A stretch of 64,000 nucleotides of DNA. It comes from Candidatus Enterousia sp. (lineage in GTDB: Bacteria; Pseudomonadota; Alphaproteobacteria; Rs-D84). Of the stretch, positions 8,108 through 15,882 are shown in pieces. The position numbers and the translations under genes are program-made. The stretch is taken from contig JAZTWT010000019.1 of the NCBI GenBank assembly GCA_045636045.1, forward strand, positions 15,355 through 79,354. The letters are read 5' to 3'. Below the pieces are notes generated by a model, which saw only the letters and a program-made list of their open reading frames with translations, did no database searches and was not told the origin of the DNA. Within the stretch, counting starts at the first letter, position 1. The number at the start of each line of letters is the position of its first letter.

Positions 8108-10078
8108 TTAGTCAACCACAACATTAACCCATTCCGAAGTGCCATCAGATTTAGCCTGCAACATCATATAACCAGAAGTCGCTTCACCCGCCGCACCTAA
8201 ATCCAACATACTTGGCACAACCTGACTCTCTGCACCCTTCTTAACATAATCCTCAGATGCCGTCGCAATCAAACCTTGAACCTGCGTCGCCGTCTGATAA
8301 CCCGCTTTTTCCAACACCTGAACACGACCATCAATCGCTTCAACATCTGATACCGACGCTTTTTCAGCCAACGCAGAAACAATACCCTGAACATCCTCAC
8401 TCAAAGCAAAAGTCTTTGCCGATTCCAATGTCACATAATTATCCGCAACAAATTGCTTAGTTGCATATGCATCCAAACTAGGAATATCAATCGCATCAAT
8501 CGCATTCTGCAATCTTAACTCAACTGCATCCAATTCTGACTTCTTGGCATAATCATCACTAATTGTCTTTAATGATGCCTTTAACCCTTCAACAACCGAT
8601 GCATCCGCCTTGTCAGTTTTTAACAACTCTATCGCTGCATTAATTTCCAACAAATCACCAGATTCTAACTTTGCATCAATCGCCGCTTGCAACGCTTCCT
8701 GAACCTCTGCCAAGGCCGCCGTATCAACCAGACCATCAATCGATGGAATATCCAATGCCTCTAATTCTGCCTTGGTCGCCAAACCATCAATCGATGGTAA
8801 TTCCGCCTTGGTTGCATAACCAGACAAATCAACATCCGCAGAAATCACATTGCCAGAAATCGTAATATTCTGACCCGCCGTCAATTTATCCTGCTTTCCC
8901 GCTAATTCGCCCTTGTTCACATAATTTCCTAACTCTGTCGCAACAACAAAGTGCGCATCATTCTGCAACTGTGAAATTTTTTCTGGAATTGTCGGCTTGT
9001 CTTTTAAGCTGTTATAAGAACCCGTGGTTGCAACCTCAGCCAAATCAGTCGATTTAACATAGCCATCCAAACTAGGAATATCAATCGCATCAATCGCACT
9101 CTGTAATCTTAACTCAACCGCATCCAATTCTGACTTCTTGGCATAATCATCACTAATTGTCTTTAATGACGCCTTTAACCCTTCAACAACCGATGCATCC
9201 GCCTTGTCAGTTTTTAACAACTTTATCGCTGCATCAATTTCCAACAAATCATCAGATTCTAACTTTGCATCAATCGCTGCTTGCAACGCTTCCTGAACCT
9301 CTACCAAGGCCGCCGTATCAACCAAACCATCAATCGACGGCAATTCCGCCTTGGTTGCATAATTTGCCAAAATTGCATCCGTTTCAACCTTAGTATAATA
9401 ATCCGACAAACGCCCATTCAAATCAGTAATATCATCCAAGACAGCCTGCAAAGCCTCTTTAACACGCCCATCAAAATAATCCGATAATTTATATGGCGGC
9501 AACTGTTGCCCATCAACCGAAACAAACAACTCGCCCGTCGCCTCATCGAACACAACATCAGTCACAAAACCGGTCACATTCTTCAAATCTTCCTTCAAGC
9601 TTTCAACATCCAACTTAACTGCCGACAACTGCTCTGCCAACGTTTCTCCACTGGCTTTAAAATCAACAAACCCCTCCAACGCCGCAACACGATCACGCAA
9701 ATCATTACCCGAATTGGACGAACCACCAACATTAACACCACCCTGGGTCGAAGAACCACCACTAATCGCACTAGACCCCGACAGATACTTACCAATTGAC
9801 AAACGCGGTGTTGTGGCCGCACGCGTTGACCCCACACGCGTCGCACCTGCCGCACCATTCGAAACATTATTCACACGCATCGACCCCGCACGCACCGAAC
9901 CAGACATATCAACCGACGAATTACCACCAGACTTTGCCGCAACAGCACTTGAAGCACCATTATATGTACCCACACCCCCCAACGAGCGCACAGAAGATGC
10001 AGAAAACGCAGGCATTACCACCGTTGCACACATCACACACACAACAGACAGCATAGATATTTTCAGTTCGTTTTTCAT
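8108..10078 (-). CDS. Secreted fibrous repeat protein, array member 7 (656 aa, Ser/Gly/Arg-rich N-terminal region)
   Basis: Signal MKNELKISMLSVVCVMCATVVMPAFS. A Ser/Gly/Arg/Val-rich low-complexity region of about 100 aa follows. After that it has the same modules as member 6 (VATTGSYNSLKDKPTIP, KQDKLTAGQNITISGNVISA, duplicated LESDDLLEI.AAI.LLKTDKADASVVEGLKASLKTISDDYAKKSELDAVELRLQ). C-terminal SGYMMLQAKSDGTSEWVNV module. Confidence 0.85.
   Translation of the reverse strand: MKNELKISMLSVVCVMCATVVMPAFSASSVRSLGGVGTYNGASSAVAAKSGGNSSVDMSGSVRAGSMRVNNVSNGAAGATRVGSTRAATTPRLSIGKYLSGSSAISGGSSTQGGVNVGGSSNSGNDLRDRVAALEGFVDFKASGETLAEQLSAVKLDVESLKEDLKNVTGFVTDVVFDEATGELFVSVDGQQLPPYKLSDYFDGRVKEALQAVLDDITDLNGRLSDYYTKVETDAILANYATKAELPSIDGLVDTAALVEVQEALQAAIDAKLESDDLLEIDAAIKLLKTDKADASVVEGLKASLKTISDDYAKKSELDAVELRLQSAIDAIDIPSLDGYVKSTDLAEVATTGSYNSLKDKPTIPEKISQLQNDAHFVVATELGNYVNKGELAGKQDKLTAGQNITISGNVISADVDLSGYATKAELPSIDGLATKAELEALDIPSIDGLVDTAALAEVQEALQAAIDAKLESGDLLEINAAIELLKTDKADASVVEGLKASLKTISDDYAKKSELDAVELRLQNAIDAIDIPSLDAYATKQFVADNYVTLESAKTFALSEDVQGIVSALAEKASVSDVEAIDGRVQVLEKAGYQTATQVQGLIATASEDYVKKGAESQVVPSMLDLGAAGEATSGYMMLQAKSDGTSEWVNVVVD
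8406..9349 (-). repeat. Near-identical co-linear block shared with 6859-7636 (array member 7 copy), itself internally duplicated
   Basis: See the partner feature. In addition, 9064-9349 repeats 8470-8746 within the same gene. Confidence 0.85.
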
Positions 10079-10106
10079 GTTTTTATATTCCCTCTACTTG
10101 TTTTTA

Positions 10107-10136
10107 ATCTTATCATAAAATTCGAATCGGGGTCAA
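10107..10136 (-). promoter_or_regulatory. Putative promoter of array member 7 (and probably members 6-3 downstream)
   Basis: The reverse strand reads TTGACC-18 nt-TAAGAT. The spacer begins CCGATTCGA and ends TTTTATGA. Confidence 0.4.
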
Positions 10137-10163
10137 CACCCTTTTTATCTAAAGAAAGATTTT

Positions 10164-10850
10164 TTAGAATTCATACCGCAAACCAACCGAGAAAGAATTG
10201 CTAAAGATTGAATTAATATTAGTCTTCAACCAATATTCACCAGCATCTGATATACCACTGGCTTTAACATCTGGACCAAACATCAAAGATAAACGATAAC
10301 GAAAATCCAAACTTACACGCTCCGCCAATTTATGAGAATAACCGACCATCAAATCAAATTTTGGCGACACTATACGATCATCTGAATCAAACGTATGCCA
10401 CGCCAATTCAGCCTTTGGCAGCGCAACCCCTAAGCCTCCACCGACATAAACATTATTTCCAAAATCATAAATCACATTGACTGACAGATATGGTATCGTC
10501 AACTTAAAATCCGCACCATAACCACTATCCGTAAATTGACCAATAATACCAGCCTCTAATTCACCACGCCAATCTGCAGTCGCCATATTACCAATCGCCA
10601 ACGATCCCCCAAAAACAGATTCAAATGAAAAATTTTCAGATTTTCCATCCAAATCTACAACATCCGAAGAATACTTGTTCTTCCAATTTAACAATGACAT
10701 TTCACCACGGATCGTACCATACCAAGAACCAGCATCCGCAGAACGCACAGCATGCGATTTAACCGCATAACGATCCCCCGTACGCTGTGGCGCAGCAAAA
10801 GCTGGCGCAATTAACAATGCACAAACTGCAACAGATATAATTTTTTTCAT
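10164..10850 (-). CDS. Small outer-membrane beta-barrel protein (Omp25/OmpA-like barrel family)
   Basis: Signal MKKIISVAVCALLIAPAFA. Alternating hydrophobic beta-strand pattern and Gly/Tyr-rich sequence. C-terminus ...SVGLRYEF ends in an aromatic residue, typical of OM barrels. Confidence 0.65.
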   Translation of the reverse strand: MKKIISVAVCALLIAPAFAAPQRTGDRYAVKSHAVRSADAGSWYGTIRGEMSLLNWKNKYSSDVVDLDGKSENFSFESVFGGSLAIGNMATADWRGELEAGIIGQFTDSGYGADFKLTIPYLSVNVIYDFGNNVYVGGGLGVALPKAELAWHTFDSDDRIVSPKFDLMVGYSHKLAERVSLDFRYRLSLMFGPDVKASGISDAGEYWLKTNINSIFSNSFSVGLRYEF

Positions 10851-10957
10851 AGATTACCCCTTTTCCTTTTTTCCTAAGTATACCACAAAACCCCAATCAA
10901 CGAAACACAAAAAAACAAATATTGACCACAAATATTTTTTTTTATATATTCCAAGAC

Positions 10958-11752
10958 ATGGAAGAAAAGACAGCGATATCATTTGCAAATGTGGCGGCGC
11001 GTTACGACGAATCGCCAGAAATACTAACTGACGTATCATTTAATATCAGCAACGGCGGCTTTTATTTTTTATCTGGTGCATCTGGCGCAGGAAAAACAAC
11101 ATTGCTGCGCTTGATATATCAACTGCACCATCCATCACGCGGACAGATTAAATTATTTGGCCGCACCACTAACGACATGACCCGCAACGAAATAACAAAA
11201 CTGCGCCAAAAAATGGCAATCGTGTTCCAAGAATACTCATTATTATCACACATGTCGGTATTTGATAATGTTGCACTGCCCCTGCGCGTTCGCGGCACCC
11301 CCGAAGATAAAATAAAAAAACTGGTTGCCAAGGTACTGGATTGGGTTGGACTGGGCAAATACGCAGATTCAAATCCGAAATCATTATCTGGCGGTCAGCA
11401 ACAACGTGTTTCTGTTGCACGCGCAATCATCACACAACCCGCAATCCTGCTGGCGGACGAGCCAACCGGAAATCTGGACGACGAAAACGCAACACGCCTG
11501 ATGGAATTATTTGTTCAAATGAATAAAATGTTTGGAACAACAATTATACTGGCAACACACAGTAAAAAACTGATGGAAACCTATAAATACCCTGTAATAC
11601 AGGTTGACAACCACCGCGTAACATTTAGCGGCCAAGACACAACCCAAACATCAAAAAAAGACTCCGAACCCAAGAAAATTTGGCGTGGTCCAAAACCTCA
11701 AAATTACTTTAATGAATTATCAAAACAATTTGACGACATTGGGAACGCATAA
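10958..11752 (+). CDS. ftsE: Cell division ABC ATPase FtsE
   Basis: ORF 10922-11752 opens with TTG; I used ATG 10958 instead. Walker A GASGAGKTT, signature LSGGQQQRV, Walker B ILLADEPTGNLD. An FtsX-like permease follows after 2 nt. Confidence 0.85.
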   Translation: MEEKTAISFANVAARYDESPEILTDVSFNISNGGFYFLSGASGAGKTTLLRLIYQLHHPSRGQIKLFGRTTNDMTRNEITKLRQKMAIVFQEYSLLSHMSVFDNVALPLRVRGTPEDKIKKLVAKVLDWVGLGKYADSNPKSLSGGQQQRVSVARAIITQPAILLADEPTGNLDDENATRLMELFVQMNKMFGTTIILATHSKKLMETYKYPVIQVDNHRVTFSGQDTTQTSKKDSEPKKIWRGPKPQNYFNELSKQFDDIGNA

Positions 11753-11754
11753 AA

Positions 11755-12609
11755 ATGACAAAACAACAAAAAAAATCAACTGTATTCTCGCTTGCTCACG
11801 GACAATCTATGTTCATGACAACCATAATGTCTTTACTGACATTTTTATCGGTTTTAGCACTTGGGGTCGCCCTGGCCATCGGAACCGGTGTCATACGCTG
11901 GAACAATCAATGGGATTTATTTGCCACCATCCAGGTCACTGATACAACAAAATACGATACCGCAAAAAAAATTATTGATTCCAATGCCGACAAAATAGAA
12001 TCCAGCACGCAGGTCAGCACTGCCGAAATGCAGGACCTGATGTCACCATGGGTATCAGGCAACAACAATGTACTAAAAAACTATCTGCCAAAAATGTGGG
12101 AAATCAAATTCAAATCTTCAGATGCGATGGATAAATTTTCAGAACAAATATCATCACACGCACGTTTTCTGCCACATGCCACAGCATTAAAATCATCAAC
12201 AACAGCCGGCATATACATGATATTAATGTCTGGACTAATACTTGCAATGATTCTGGGTGCCATTGGAATATGCATATCATATATTGCACACAACACCGCA
12301 ATGTTACACCGCCGCGAACTGGAAATCCTGAACCAAATCGGGGCATCTGATAATTTTATCGCACACCAAATGCAAATTATTGTCACAAAAATATCAATCA
12401 TCGCAACAAGTATTGGATTTTTGACCGCATGCCCAATATTATTGCTTATTATATGGGCCGCACATCGCGCCCGCATCGGCCTTATGGCTACAATAAACAT
12501 ATCCTGTGGCGGCTGGATAACACTGGCGCTGTTGCCAATCGCTATCATATTTTTTGCAATATTCGTCACACGCCGCACCACAATAAACATACTAGAAAAC
12601 AGCCAATAA
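11755..12609 (+). CDS. ftsX: Cell division permease FtsX-like
   Basis: Four predicted TM helices with a periplasmic loop between TM1 and TM2. Sits immediately downstream of ftsE. Contains the ILNQIGASDNFI motif region. Confidence 0.7.
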   Translation: MTKQQKKSTVFSLAHGQSMFMTTIMSLLTFLSVLALGVALAIGTGVIRWNNQWDLFATIQVTDTTKYDTAKKIIDSNADKIESSTQVSTAEMQDLMSPWVSGNNNVLKNYLPKMWEIKFKSSDAMDKFSEQISSHARFLPHATALKSSTTAGIYMILMSGLILAMILGAIGICISYIAHNTAMLHRRELEILNQIGASDNFIAHQMQIIVTKISIIATSIGFLTACPILLLIIWAAHRARIGLMATINISCGGWITLALLPIAIIFFAIFVTRRTTINILENSQ

Positions 12610-13125
12610 ATGCTAAAACGACTGCTAACACCATCTTTTTTAATTTTCAGTCTGTTCATTCTTGGCGGAATGGTATTTAAATCCATCGCCCCAATTCAGT
12701 GCGGCGCAATTCTGCCAAATGACAGCATATTTGTCCTGACTGGGGACGAACGCCGAATCCCATTTGCTATACGTAAAATGCATGAATTTCCAAATGCAGA
12801 CCTGTACATAATCGGAGCCGGCGCCCAGGGAAAAATATCAGTATCACGCCCAGCAATTATAGAATCAAAATCAAAATCCACATATCAGAACGCATTGGCA
12901 ATTCGCAACATCGCAGAATCGCGTGACTTAAAACGCTTGGTAATAATCACAACCGAAGACCACATGAATCGCGCAAAACACCTGGTACAATCCGAATTGC
13001 CCGACACAGAAATTATTGCTTGCCCCGCAATACTAACAGGTATGTCACCATCAAAAAGACTTGAAAGATGGGCAACCGAATATATAAAATATATCGTCAC
13101 AATGTTTGGAATTAAAGAAAGCTAA
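12610..13125 (+). CDS. DUF218 (YdcF/ElyC-like) domain protein
   Basis: N-terminal TM helix. VLTGDERRI and ITTEDHMNRA motifs are typical of DUF218. The ATG directly abuts the ftsX stop codon. Confidence 0.6.
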   Translation: MLKRLLTPSFLIFSLFILGGMVFKSIAPIQCGAILPNDSIFVLTGDERRIPFAIRKMHEFPNADLYIIGAGAQGKISVSRPAIIESKSKSTYQNALAIRNIAESRDLKRLVIITTEDHMNRAKHLVQSELPDTEIIACPAILTGMSPSKRLERWATEYIKYIVTMFGIKES

Positions 13126-13141
13126 GAAAAAGGAAAGAAAA

Positions 13142-13849
13142 ATGTTCAGAACTATATTATTTAAAATTGCATTGCCAATCTATTTCATACTATGGTCACC
13201 ACTTTTGTTAATTGGCCTGGTTTCAAAAAAACTGTCACACAAGTTGGTATTCGCAGATGCCGCTGGTGTTTTGGTTTTGGCACGTCTGATTTGTGGCATC
13301 AAGTACCAGGTACACTATCCACAAACCGAAGAAAACGGTATACCAGCAATGCCTGACGGCAATAAACGTCTGGACGGCAAATCAATAATCGCCGCAAAAC
13401 ACATGTCTATTTTGGAAATCGCAGTAATTTCCCGTGTCGTTCCAAATTCTTTCTTTATAATGAAACGTGAATTACTGTGGATACCTGTTTACGGCTGGGC
13501 ATTCTGGCGTTGCGGCATGCTGGGGGTAAATCGCGCACGTGGCAAAACAAACATGAAAAAATTAGCAGACGATGTTGAACAACGTGTCCTGAATGGTGGC
13601 ACACTAGTAATATTCCCCGAAGGTACGCGTGCAAAACCAGGTGAACACATACCATTAAAACGTGGTCTGCTGTTATTGGCACACACATTAAAACTGCCAA
13701 TCCTGCCTGTCGGCACAGATGCAGGTCTGTACTGGCCTAAACACGGTCGCATGCACCCAGGAACAGCGAATGTATGGTTTGAACCTTTATTACCATGCAA
13801 CGCATCATTGGATGAAATTTCCGAAGCCATAAATCGCCACAGCGCATAA
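13142..13849 (+). CDS. plsC: 1-acyl-sn-glycerol-3-phosphate acyltransferase
   Basis: ORF 13106-13849; start moved to ATG 13142 (MFRTILF...). HX4D-like KHMSILE motif and FPEGTR motif. N-terminal TM helix. Confidence 0.75.
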   Translation: MFRTILFKIALPIYFILWSPLLLIGLVSKKLSHKLVFADAAGVLVLARLICGIKYQVHYPQTEENGIPAMPDGNKRLDGKSIIAAKHMSILEIAVISRVVPNSFFIMKRELLWIPVYGWAFWRCGMLGVNRARGKTNMKKLADDVEQRVLNGGTLVIFPEGTRAKPGEHIPLKRGLLLLAHTLKLPILPVGTDAGLYWPKHGRMHPGTANVWFEPLLPCNASLDEISEAINRHSA

Positions 13850-13860
13850 CTATACAATTA

Positions 13861-13945
13861 ATAAAAATAAATCGAGAATCACAGTGTACACAACACTACA
13901 CAAGATTCCCGATTTATTTTTAGATAAATTATTATAATTTATATT
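13861..13945. repeat. Long-palindrome intergenic element, copy A (left arm shortened)
   Basis: TAAAAATAAATCGAGAATC ...loop... GATTCCCGATTTATTTTTAGATAAATTATTATAATTTAT. Lies between the convergent plsC and SNase genes. The SNase stop codon falls inside the right flank. Confidence 0.7.
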
Positions 13946-14352
13946 TTACACCAACTTTTTCTTTTGCCACCACTGTAGCGTCGCGCTAATTTTTCGCGAA
14001 CCAAAACATCACCAACATCACGACCATCTGGGACAATGACATTAGCATCAATCCGCCCCAAATATTTGTCATCCTTTATATTTTTCAGTTCTATTTTTGC
14101 GCCACGGGGCAATAATTTTTCCAACCGTCCACGTGCACGCTGCGCCATTTTGATTTCTGAATCACATTCACCACTTAATTCCGGCGTATCAACATTTATC
14201 AAACGAACACGAACCGTAACTTGAACATCATCTGCAACACCAACACGTGCTGCGAATGTATCTCCATCCAAAACATAATCAACAACTGCCGGCACTGCAT
14301 GCGCAGACAGCGTAAAAACCATCACAAATAAAGCAACCAGACATACCTTCAT
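13939..14352 (-). CDS. Secreted staphylococcal-nuclease-like (SNase/thermonuclease) protein
   Basis: ORF 13939-14391; start moved to ATG 14350-14352 (MKVCLVALFVMVFTLSAHA signal). SNase motifs are present: DGDTF, RLINVDTPE and YLGRIDA. Confidence 0.8.
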   Translation of the reverse strand: MKVCLVALFVMVFTLSAHAVPAVVDYVLDGDTFAARVGVADDVQVTVRVRLINVDTPELSGECDSEIKMAQRARGRLEKLLPRGAKIELKNIKDDKYLGRIDANVIVPDGRDVGDVLVREKLARRYSGGKRKSWCKI

Positions 14353-14353
14353 T

Positions 14354-15673
14354 TTATGGCAATTTCGGCGACCATGTTGGCTCGGTTCCATTTACGCCAT
14401 CAGGCAATTCAATATCATAAAAATTTTGTCCTGTTATATCCACACTGCGAATATGACTGATTCTATCTATTCCATCCAGATGTTTTTCCGTTTCATAGTA
14501 CACAATTCGACGCGATCCGGGCGCCCAGGACGGCGCCTCCATAAACCAACCGCCAGCCAAGATTTTTTCATTCCGACCACGCGGATCCATAATCCCAACA
14601 TAAAAAGTATCATCTGCAATCTTGGTAAATGCGATAAATTGACCGTCCGGGGACCAGGCTGGTGTCGCATAACGCCCAGAACCATACGTAATACGTTCAA
14701 CTTCGCCCGATTCTAAATCCAAAACATGAATCTGCTGACGCCCAGAACGATCGGAATTAAATGCCATTTTTTTGCCATCCGGCGAATAAGACGGACTGGT
14801 ATTAATCGAATTGCCAAATGTCAACTGTCGCAATTCATTGGTCTGCAAATTAAATTCATATATATGCGTAATCCCATTTTTTACCAAAGATATCGCAACA
14901 CGATTTCCATCTGGTGAAAAGCGCGGTGCGAAATTCATTCCACCAAATTGCCCCAACCTGCGCTGTTCGCCTGTATCCAGGTCTAAACTCCACACCATTG
15001 GGTCATCATTATAATAGGACAAGAAAACAATCGACTGCATATTTGGCGAAAAGTGCGGCGACATAACCATCACCCCTTCATCCGACAGATAACGCAACCC
15101 TGCCCCATCTTGATCCATAATAGCCAAACGCTTTTCACGTTTTGAAACATCACCCGTTTCTGCAATAAACACAATCTGAGTATCAAAATACCCCACCTCT
15201 CCTGTTAAACGTTCATAAATCGCATCAGCCATGATATGCGCCAAACGACGGGCAGTTTTACGTGATGCAACCAGCGATTGTGCCTCTATCTGTTCCTGAC
15301 CTTTAACATCCCAAACAAAAAAATCCAACTTATAACGATTATCTGATTCTGTTGTTAATTTTGCCTGAACCAAGACCTGAGTCTTAATCGCGCCCCACGT
15401 TTTAAAAGTTGGCATTGCATGCATCTTAACATATTCTGGGAACGCATCATGATTCACAATACGAAACAACCCCGTACTTTTCAAATCCTTCTCGACCACA
15501 CTGCGCATCATTGATGCAACCTTGACCGGCACCCCATCACCAGTTTCAAATTTCTGCACCGCAATTGATATCGGTTCAGCCGCACCTGCAATAATATCAA
15601 CCTTTAATTCTGCATGTGCATTAGGCAACAAAACAAACATCGCCACAATCGCAACAATAAGACGCTTTAACAT
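14354..15673 (-). CDS. tolB: Tol-Pal system periplasmic protein TolB
   Basis: Signal peptide, TolB N-terminal domain, and beta-propeller repeats (PHFSPNMQ, PRFSPDGNRVA, PSYSPDGKKMAF, PAWSPDGQFIAF, PSWAPGSRRIVY). Confidence 0.9.
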   Translation of the reverse strand: MLKRLIVAIVAMFVLLPNAHAELKVDIIAGAAEPISIAVQKFETGDGVPVKVASMMRSVVEKDLKSTGLFRIVNHDAFPEYVKMHAMPTFKTWGAIKTQVLVQAKLTTESDNRYKLDFFVWDVKGQEQIEAQSLVASRKTARRLAHIMADAIYERLTGEVGYFDTQIVFIAETGDVSKREKRLAIMDQDGAGLRYLSDEGVMVMSPHFSPNMQSIVFLSYYNDDPMVWSLDLDTGEQRRLGQFGGMNFAPRFSPDGNRVAISLVKNGITHIYEFNLQTNELRQLTFGNSINTSPSYSPDGKKMAFNSDRSGRQQIHVLDLESGEVERITYGSGRYATPAWSPDGQFIAFTKIADDTFYVGIMDPRGRNEKILAGGWFMEAPSWAPGSRRIVYYETEKHLDGIDRISHIRSVDITGQNFYDIELPDGVNGTEPTWSPKLP

Positions 15674-15792
15674 CTAAAAATCCTTTCCTTTTTTATACAA
15701 AGCAATTTTAAACACACAAAACACAAAAATCAAACCAAAAGCACACCACAACACAAACAGCAACACAACAGCCATTACAATCGCAAACACAA

Positions 15793-15837
15793 GTGTATTT
15801 ATATTTGTATTGACAAATGTATTTACAATGGTATAGT
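15793..15837 (+). promoter_or_regulatory. Putative promoter with three TGTATT(TA) direct repeats upstream of the RHH/DinD-like pair
   Basis: TTGACA (15810-15815), 16-nt spacer, TATAGT (15832-15837). TGTATTTA at 15793 and 15818 and TGTATT at 15806 overlap the -35 and spacer, giving an operator-like layout. Confidence 0.45.
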
Positions 15838-15882
15838 TCGTTGTAATTACCGCTGTATTGTGGTTCGTATAGGAGAATGTGT

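Noticed and set aside
6859-9349. My first impression was that members 6 and 7 carry the same cassettes in shuffled order.
   Set aside because: Careful ordering shows the shared segments are co-linear in both genes (segment order alpha, gamma, beta, alpha-prime) with indels. This is a duplicated block, not cassette shuffling. It is reported as such in the findings.
10854-11039. Small ORFs at 10854-11039, 15708-16088, 15980-16177, 326-532 and similar items in the track.
   Set aside because: They overlap promoters, UTRs or stronger genes. They lack an RBS and have implausible composition.
10958-12609. I considered whether ftsE/ftsX next to the fibre array and OM barrel could be a dedicated ABC exporter for the fibres.
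   Set aside because: The genes are divergently oriented from the array. The sequences look like ordinary cell-division FtsEX, and the fibre proteins carry Sec signals. Nothing supports a functional link.
13881-13903. The loop of palindromic element C looked like the reverse complement of the loop of element A, which could mean an invertible core.
   Set aside because: The similarity rests on short CA-rich strings (AGTGTACA...). It could easily be chance in low-complexity sequence, and no recombinase is nearby.
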